A stretch of DNA of 58,990 nucleotides, counting the filler. It is 4 parts of 4 records of this genome, joined end to end, with 100 filler letters (N's around TTAATTAATTAA, not from the genome) between each part and the next. Parts side by side here need not be neighbours in the genome. Positions count along the whole stretch, not along the records: positions 45,169 to 58,990 come from SRR22947725_1361; 3 more parts are not named here. The stretch is one strand, 5' to 3'. Below the pieces are notes generated by a model. The model was not told the origin of the DNA, did not search any database, and saw only the letters and a list, made by a program, of their open reading frames with translations. Positions 53,187-58,990 of this stretch are shown one piece after another (within the stretch, counting starts at the first letter, position 1; each line of letters opens with the position of its first letter). Made by a program: the position numbers and the translations under genes.

Positions 53187-53756
53187 TTAGTTAATAAGTC
53201 TTGCAACAACATCTGGAAAATACTTCATTTCTAAGCTATTAATTTTTTTTGCTAAGCTATCAATACTTTCATTTTTTTCTAATCTAATTTTTTTTTGGAA
53301 AATAATCTCTCCTTCATCATAATTACGGTTAACCTTATGTATTGTAATACCACTGAAGAGTTCTTTGTTTTCAATTACTGCAGCATGAACATAATTGCCA
53401 TACATTCCTTTACCACCATACTTTGGTAAAAGTGAAGGGTGAATATTTATTATAGGGAAACTCATTTCAATAAAATTAACTGGAATTTTTAATAAGAACC
53501 CAGCTAGTATTATCATATCTGGATTGATTTTTAAAATTTTTTGTTCTACTAATGATGAGTTGTAAAATACTTGTTTTTCAAATACTTCACATTTAATATT
53601 TAGCGCTTTACATCTTTTGATTATTCCAGCTTTTGGGTTGTTAGTTAAAACAAGCCAATTGACTTTTACTTTATTTGCCGAAAATTTTAAAATTAAGTTT
53701 TCTGCATTTGAACCACTACCAGAGGCAAAAATTATTATGTTTTTTATTTTTGACAT
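53187..53756 (-). CDS. purN: Phosphoribosylglycinamide formyltransferase
   Basis: Motifs FASGSGSN, LAGFL, INIHPSLLPKYGG and GITIH. Confidence 0.95.
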   Translation of the reverse strand: MSKIKNIIIFASGSGSNAENLILKFSANKVKVNWLVLTNNPKAGIIKRCKALNIKCEVFEKQVFYNSSLVEQKILKINPDMIILAGFLLKIPVNFIEMSFPIINIHPSLLPKYGGKGMYGNYVHAAVIENKELFSGITIHKVNRNYDEGEIIFQKKIRLEKNESIDSLAKKINSLEMKYFPDVVARLIN

Positions 53757-53852
53757 TCAAAAAAACTTATTAAATTTTCAATAATATTAGCCATTTAAAT
53801 TAAATAAATTGCACATTTCCTTTCTAAATAGTTAAATTAAAATAAAGTTTTT

Positions 53853-53860
53853 TATTTTTG
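53853..53860 (+). promoter_or_regulatory. Bacteroidota -7 promoter element for acpP-fabF-rnc
   Basis: TATTTTTG ~40 bp upstream of acpP. Confidence 0.6.
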
Positions 53861-53900
53861 TCAACTATAACTAAATATTAAATTAATAAAACTTAAAATT

Positions 53901-54131
53901 ATGTCAGACATTGAATCAAGAGTTAAAGCTATTATTGTAGATAAATTAGGAGTAGATGAAAATGAAGTTGTTACTGAAGCAAGCTTCACAAATGACCTAG
54001 GGGCAGACTCTCTAGATACTGTAGAATTAATCATGGAATTTGAAAAAGAATTTGATATTCAAATACCAGATGATCAGGCAGAAAACATTTCTACTGTTGG
54101 TCAGGCAGTTTCTTACATTGAAAGTGTGTAA
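53901..54131 (+). CDS. acpP: Acyl carrier protein
   Basis: Phosphopantetheine motif [12 protein letters not shown]. Confidence 0.97.
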   Translation: MSDIESRVKAIIVDKLGVDENEVVTEASFTNDLGADSLDTVELIMEFEKEFDIQIPDDQAENISTVGQAVSYIESV

Positions 54132-54143
54132 ATAAAATTTTTT

Positions 54144-55397
54144 ATGGAATTAAAAAGAGTTGTTGTTACAGGTCTTGGTGCTCTTACCCCGATTGGAAAT
54201 AATGTTAATGAGTATTGGGATAACTTAATTAGTGGCAAGAGTGGTGCTGCGCCAATAACTTATTTTGATACTGAAAAATTTAAAACAAAATTTGCATGTG
54301 AACTAAAAGGTTTTAATGCCTTAGATTTTCTTGACAGAAAAGAAGCTCGAAAAATGGATAGGTTTACCCAATATGCTATGGTAGCTTCTGATGAAGCTAT
54401 TAGTGATTCAAAAATTGATTTAGAATCAATTGATAATTACCGAGCTGGAGTAATATGGGGGAGTGGAATAGGTGGAATCGAAACTTTTCAAAATGAAGTA
54501 ATTAATTTTGCTTCCGGTGATGGAACACCAAGATTTAATCCGTTCTTTATCCCTAAAATGATTGGAGATATAGCTCCTGGGCACATATCGATGAAATTTA
54601 ATTTTATGGGACCAAGTTATACCACTGTTTCTGCTTGTGCCTCATCAGCAAATGCAATGGTGGATGCTCTTAATTACATTAGACTTGGTCATTGTGATAT
54701 AATCATTACTGGCGGTAGTGAAGCAGGAGTTAATAAAGCAGGCATGGGAGGTTTTAATGCCATGCATGCATTATCCACAAGAAACGAAGATCCTGCAACA
54801 GCATCTAGACCATTTGATTCAACAAGAGACGGTTTTGTTTTGGGCGAAGGATCAGGAGCTATAATTCTAGAAGAATATGAGCATGCAAAAGCTAGAGGAG
54901 CAAAAATATATGCTGAACTTATTGGAGGAGGACTATCTTCAGATGCATACCATATAACTTCACCTCATCCTGAGGGACTAGGGGTTAAAGCTGTTATAAA
55001 AAATTGCTTAAATAACGCAGGGGTTTCCATTAATCAAGTAGATGCAATAAACACTCATGGTACATCAACTCCTTTGGGTGATGTCGCAGAGCTTAAAGCA
55101 ATTTCAGATGTTTTTGGGGATCATGCTAAAAACATTAATATAAATTCAACAAAGTCTATGACAGGACATTTACTTGGTGCAGCTGGAGCAGTTGAAGCTA
55201 TTTCCGTTATTTTATCAATTAAAAACGGTATTGTTCCTCCAACTATTAACCACAAGAACTCTGATGAAAGTATAAATCCGTCTTTAAATTTAACATTAAA
55301 TAAAGCTCAAAAGAGAGATATAAATATAGCAATGAGTAACACTTTTGGCTTTGGAGGTCATAATGCTTGTGTTATTTTTAAGAAATACATTAATTAA
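54144..55397 (+). CDS. fabF: 3-oxoacyl-ACP synthase II
   Basis: Motifs RVVVTGLG, SACASS, INTHGTST, KSMTGHLLGA and NTFGFGG. Confidence 0.97.
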   Translation: MELKRVVVTGLGALTPIGNNVNEYWDNLISGKSGAAPITYFDTEKFKTKFACELKGFNALDFLDRKEARKMDRFTQYAMVASDEAISDSKIDLESIDNYRAGVIWGSGIGGIETFQNEVINFASGDGTPRFNPFFIPKMIGDIAPGHISMKFNFMGPSYTTVSACASSANAMVDALNYIRLGHCDIIITGGSEAGVNKAGMGGFNAMHALSTRNEDPATASRPFDSTRDGFVLGEGSGAIILEEYEHAKARGAKIYAELIGGGLSSDAYHITSPHPEGLGVKAVIKNCLNNAGVSINQVDAINTHGTSTPLGDVAELKAISDVFGDHAKNININSTKSMTGHLLGAAGAVEAISVILSIKNGIVPPTINHKNSDESINPSLNLTLNKAQKRDINIAMSNTFGFGGHNACVIFKKYIN

Positions 55398-56131
55398 TGG
55401 GTAATTCAATACTGAATAAATTTAACCTATTTAATAAAAAAGACAACTTCTATTTTGAAATTAAAAAACTTCTAAAATTTACTCCAAATTCAATTCATTA
55501 TTACAAAACAGCTTTCACTCATAGATCTTTAAATGTAAAGGATATAAATGGCATTGCAGTAAATTATGAAAGACTTGAATTCCTTGGAGATTCTATATTA
55601 AGTTCTATTATTTCAACCTACCTTTTTAATCAAATTCCTGAAGCTTCTGAAGGTTATTTGACAAAAATGAGATCCAAGATTGTTAGCCGAAAACATTTAA
55701 ATGAATTAGGTCAAGAATTAAATTTAACTCAACACTTAACTTGTGATTTGAACATTGAGAATTATGGTGAAAATATTGAAGGAAATTTATTTGAGTCGCT
55801 AGTCGGAGCTATTTTTTTAGATAAAGGCTATAAATATGCTAAGAAGTTTATATTCCAAAGTGTGATTATTCCACATGTTGACCTTAAAAAACTTGATGGA
55901 AAAATAATAAGTTATAAGACATTGATTATTGAATGGTGCCAGAAAAATAAATTAAAATATTGCTATGAAACATTTGAAGATTCTGGTAATGATAGTGTTA
56001 AGCATTTCACCTCTAACTTACAAATATCAAGTTTTCAGTTAGTTAAAGCGAGGTCTACATCAAAGAAAAAGGCTGAAGAAAAAGTTTCACAAAGAGCCTT
56101 TTATATTAATCAAAATCAAATCAATATTTAA
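55397..56131 (+). CDS. rnc: Ribonuclease III
   Basis: Motifs AFTHRS, NYERLEFLGD and FESLVGAI, plus a C-terminal dsRBD. Confidence 0.95.
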   Translation: MGNSILNKFNLFNKKDNFYFEIKKLLKFTPNSIHYYKTAFTHRSLNVKDINGIAVNYERLEFLGDSILSSIISTYLFNQIPEASEGYLTKMRSKIVSRKHLNELGQELNLTQHLTCDLNIENYGENIEGNLFESLVGAIFLDKGYKYAKKFIFQSVIIPHVDLKKLDGKIISYKTLIIEWCQKNKLKYCYETFEDSGNDSVKHFTSNLQISSFQLVKARSTSKKKAEEKVSQRAFYINQNQINI

Positions 56132-56186
56132 GAAAATATTATTCAAATCAATATTTAAATAGAATAATATTTGTTATATTTTCTAT

Positions 56187-56669
56187 ATGGCAGTTAGAAA
56201 AATTATTTTTCAAGAGGAAGAACCCCTTCATTATCATTTATTAGCAATTCATTCGGTATTAACTGATTACAGACTAGCCTTTTTTTTAAATAAACATTTA
56301 AATATTGAGCTAAAAAGAGCTTTTGAAGATTTGGATATTTCACGGCAAGACGGTTTTTACTCATTCTTTCAGTACGAAGATGAAGATAATTTATTAAATT
56401 GGAACTTAATATCTAATAGTTCATATACAAACGTTAAAAATGAAATTAAAGAATCATTATTATTTAAAAACACCCAGGTTGAGCTAAAAAAATTTAAATT
56501 AATGAATGAATTAAGTCAAGTAGATTTTTTTCTAAAAATTGAATATCACACTGATCACATAAATATAAATCAAATTATAAAATCAATAAACGAAATACCA
56601 AATATAATTTCAGTTTACTCTTTGAACTTAAATAATATAAAAAATAAAGAAAATTTAAATTTTTCATGA
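56187..56669 (+). CDS. Conserved flavobacterial protein (IPExxxVDY family-like)
   Basis: LLAIHS..DYRLAFFLN and a degenerate MNELSQVDF motif; rnc-X-pyk context. Confidence 0.7.
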   Translation: MAVRKIIFQEEEPLHYHLLAIHSVLTDYRLAFFLNKHLNIELKRAFEDLDISRQDGFYSFFQYEDEDNLLNWNLISNSSYTNVKNEIKESLLFKNTQVELKKFKLMNELSQVDFFLKIEYHTDHININQIIKSINEIPNIISVYSLNLNNIKNKENLNFS

Positions 56670-58099
56670 GAAATAATAATAAAAAAACAAAAATAGTTGC
56701 AACTCTAGGTCCTTCTATAAGTTCTAAATCAAAATTAAAGAAAGTACTAGATGAAGGGGTTAATGTTTTAAGAATAAATTTTTCACATGCTATTCATAAT
56801 GATGTCAAGAAAACGATTAATTTAATTAGAGACTTAAATTCTACTTACCACTATAATGCTGCTATTTTAGCAGATCTTCAAGGTCCTAAAATTAGAATTG
56901 GTGAAGTGAAAGATGATTACGCTGTAAAAAAAGGAGATATAATTTCATTTAAAACTGGAGATCAATTTGTCGCGGATAATAATGAATTTTACATGAGTTA
57001 TTCAAACTTCGCCAAGGACGTAAAAGTTGGAGAAAAAATATTAATAGACGACGGTAAATTAATTTTTAAAGTAACTAAGACAGATAAGAAAAACACTGTT
57101 CATGCGAAATCTATCCTAGACGGAATTATTAGATCCAATAAAGGGGTAAATTTACCAAATACAGTGATTTCACTACCAGCTCTAACTAATAAGGACAAAG
57201 AAGATGCTATCTTCGCTATCTCACAAAAGGTGGACTGGATTGCTTTATCATTTGTTAGAAATGCAAAAGATTTAAAGGACTTAAATGACTTAATTTACAA
57301 GCATTCTGATGTCAAAATTCCTGTAATCGCCAAAATAGAAAAGCCAGAGGCAGTTTTAGATATTGATGATATAATACAAAATTGTGACGGATTGATGGTT
57401 GCAAGAGGAGATCTTGGTGTTGAAATCCCTAGTGAGCAAGTTCCACTCATACAAAAAAATTTAGTTCATAAGGCTAAAAAATGTAGAATACCAGTAATCA
57501 TTGCTACCCAAATGATGGAAAGTATGATGGATAGTTTAACTCCATCTAGAGCAGAAGTAAATGATGTGGCAAATTCAATTATTGATGGTGCAGACGCGGT
57601 TATGTTAAGTGGTGAAACTTCGGTAGGAAAATTTCCTGTTGAGGTTATTAAACAAGTCTCTAAAATTATTGATTCTGTCGAATACTCTAGTTTAATTAAA
57701 GTTCCCGAAAATCCTCCAACAATAAAAACAAATAGATATATAACAAAAACTATATGTTATCATGCGTCTCATATGGCTGATGAAATTAATGCCAAAGCCA
57801 TTATGACTTTGACCAACAGTGGGTATACAGCTTTTCAAATATCTGCATGGAGACCTCATTCAAATATTCTAGTCTTTACATCCAATAAAAGAATTTTAAA
57901 TAGATTAAGTTTATTATGGGGAGTAAAGGCTTTTTACTACAATAAATTTAGTAGTACTGACACAACTATTGAAGAAATTACTGAGATTGCAATCTCTGAG
58001 GGCTATATATCAAAAGGGGATTTCACTATTAGTTTAGCCGCTATGCCAATAAAAGCAAAAGGGATGGTAAATACCTTAAGAGTAAATCAGGTAACTTAA
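56666..58099 (+). CDS. pyk: Pyruvate kinase
   Basis: Motifs KTKIVATLGP, DLQGPKIR, IAKIEK, MVARGDLGVE and MLSGET. Confidence 0.97.
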   Translation: MRNNNKKTKIVATLGPSISSKSKLKKVLDEGVNVLRINFSHAIHNDVKKTINLIRDLNSTYHYNAAILADLQGPKIRIGEVKDDYAVKKGDIISFKTGDQFVADNNEFYMSYSNFAKDVKVGEKILIDDGKLIFKVTKTDKKNTVHAKSILDGIIRSNKGVNLPNTVISLPALTNKDKEDAIFAISQKVDWIALSFVRNAKDLKDLNDLIYKHSDVKIPVIAKIEKPEAVLDIDDIIQNCDGLMVARGDLGVEIPSEQVPLIQKNLVHKAKKCRIPVIIATQMMESMMDSLTPSRAEVNDVANSIIDGADAVMLSGETSVGKFPVEVIKQVSKIIDSVEYSSLIKVPENPPTIKTNRYITKTICYHASHMADEINAKAIMTLTNSGYTAFQISAWRPHSNILVFTSNKRILNRLSLLWGVKAFYYNKFSSTDTTIEEITEIAISEGYISKGDFTISLAAMPIKAKGMVNTLRVNQVT

Positions 58100-58105
58100 A
58101 TTGTT

Positions 58106-58573
58106 TTGATAGAAATAGAAAGAAAATTCTTAGTAAAATCTGACAAATATAGGTCTGATGCATTTAAAGTACAGTTATTATCTCAAGCATATCTAAATAA
58201 TAATCCAGATAAATCTGTTAGAATTAGGGTAGTTGACAATGAAGGATTTATAACGATTAAAGGGCCTTCCAATGATGGTGGATTATCTAGGTTCGAATGG
58301 GAAAAAAAAATCCCAATTGATGAAGCAGTTGAGTTAATGAAACTTTGTGGAAATCAGCTAATTTTAAAAAAAAGGTATTTTGTCAAACACAACAAAATAA
58401 TTTTAGAAGTTGACGAATTTTTAAATAATAATAAAGGTTTAGTTGTTGCAGAAGTAGAATTAAAAACAACTAGCCAAAAGATAGTCTTACCTGACTGGAT
58501 AGCCGAAGAAGTAACAGGAGTTAATAAGTATTATAATTTGAGTTTGATATCTCACCCATTTAGTAGTTGGTAG
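58106..58573 (+). CDS. CYTH-domain protein (triphosphate tunnel metalloenzyme)
   Basis: EIERKFLV (ExExK), VRIR, TIKG and VAEVEL. Confidence 0.9.
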   Translation: MIEIERKFLVKSDKYRSDAFKVQLLSQAYLNNNPDKSVRIRVVDNEGFITIKGPSNDGGLSRFEWEKKIPIDEAVELMKLCGNQLILKKRYFVKHNKIILEVDEFLNNNKGLVVAEVELKTTSQKIVLPDWIAEEVTGVNKYYNLSLISHPFSSW

Positions 58574-58628
58574 ATTAAAATATTGAACTAAATGATTATC
58601 TTCGTGCTCACAAACAAAAACAATAAAT

Positions 58629-58990
58629 ATGAATATTTCTGAATTTGGAATTAATCAGTCATTAAATACTCTAGGAGTTAATAAAAACAACTTAGGTTCT
58701 TCAACTGGATCTGATTTTTTTGCTTCTGGAGAAAATATACAAAGTTTTTCACCTGTTGATGGTGAATTAATTGGTACTGTTCAAGCTACAACTAAGGAAG
58801 ATTATGAAAAAATTATTAAAACTGCTTCTAATGCATTTAAACAATGGAGGGACAAAACTGCACCTGAAAGAGGTGAAGTCGTAAGACAGTTTGGTAATAA
58901 ATTAAGAGATTTTAAAGAGCCATTAGGAAAGTTAGTTTCTTATGAGATGGGAAAAAGTTATCAAGAAGGATTAGGAGAAGTTCAAGAAAT
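58629..58990 (+). CDS. Aldehyde dehydrogenase, ALDH7/AmaB-like (3'-truncated by window edge)
   Basis: Translated by hand: MNISEFGINQSL...SFSPVDGELIG...WRDKTAPERGEVVRQFG...LVSYEMGKSYQEGLGEVQE. TATCTTCG -7-like element at 58597-58604. Not in the ORF track. Confidence 0.88.
   Translation, partial: MNISEFGINQSLNTLGVNKNNLGSSTGSDFFASGENIQSFSPVDGELIGTVQATTKEDYEKIIKTASNAFKQWRDKTAPERGEVVRQFGNKLRDFKEPLGKLVSYEMGKSYQEGLGEVQE

Noticed and set aside
52574-53212. Viroplasmin-like domain as evidence of viral DNA
   Set aside because: It is the normal hybrid-binding domain of Bacteroidota RNase HI, in a housekeeping context.

Overview
This window is four unrelated low-GC contigs joined by artificial N44-TTAATTAATTAA-N44 linkers, typical of a marine metagenome or bin concatenation. 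Contig 1 (1-24564) is gammaproteobacterial. Contig 2 (24665-38835) is a streamlined gammaproteobacterial prp/aroC/leu/asd/fimV/trp/accD/purF region (SAR86-like by my judgement). Contig 3 (38936-45068) is AT-rich and alphaproteobacterial-like (gltB, hydrolase, GT4, thrS). Contig 4 (45169-58990) is Flavobacteriia housekeeping DNA. The highlight is a ~9 kb phototrophy block in contig 1. It carries two different rhodopsins in tandem: a Gln105-type (blue-tuned) DTE proteorhodopsin and a Leu105-type DTE xanthorhodopsin-like pump. Each is followed by its own intrinsic terminator, and a complete crtE-crtI-crtB-crtY-blh retinal pathway comes next. The block is flanked by an alphaproteobacterial-type pyrE and a 1-Cys peroxiredoxin. 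It ends ~100 bp from a near-perfect XerCD dif site (15261-15288, 26/28 match to E. coli dif), where gene orientation converges. No integrase, tRNA, rRNA or CRISPR array was seen. Taxonomic calls are inferences from protein features and gene order, not database results.
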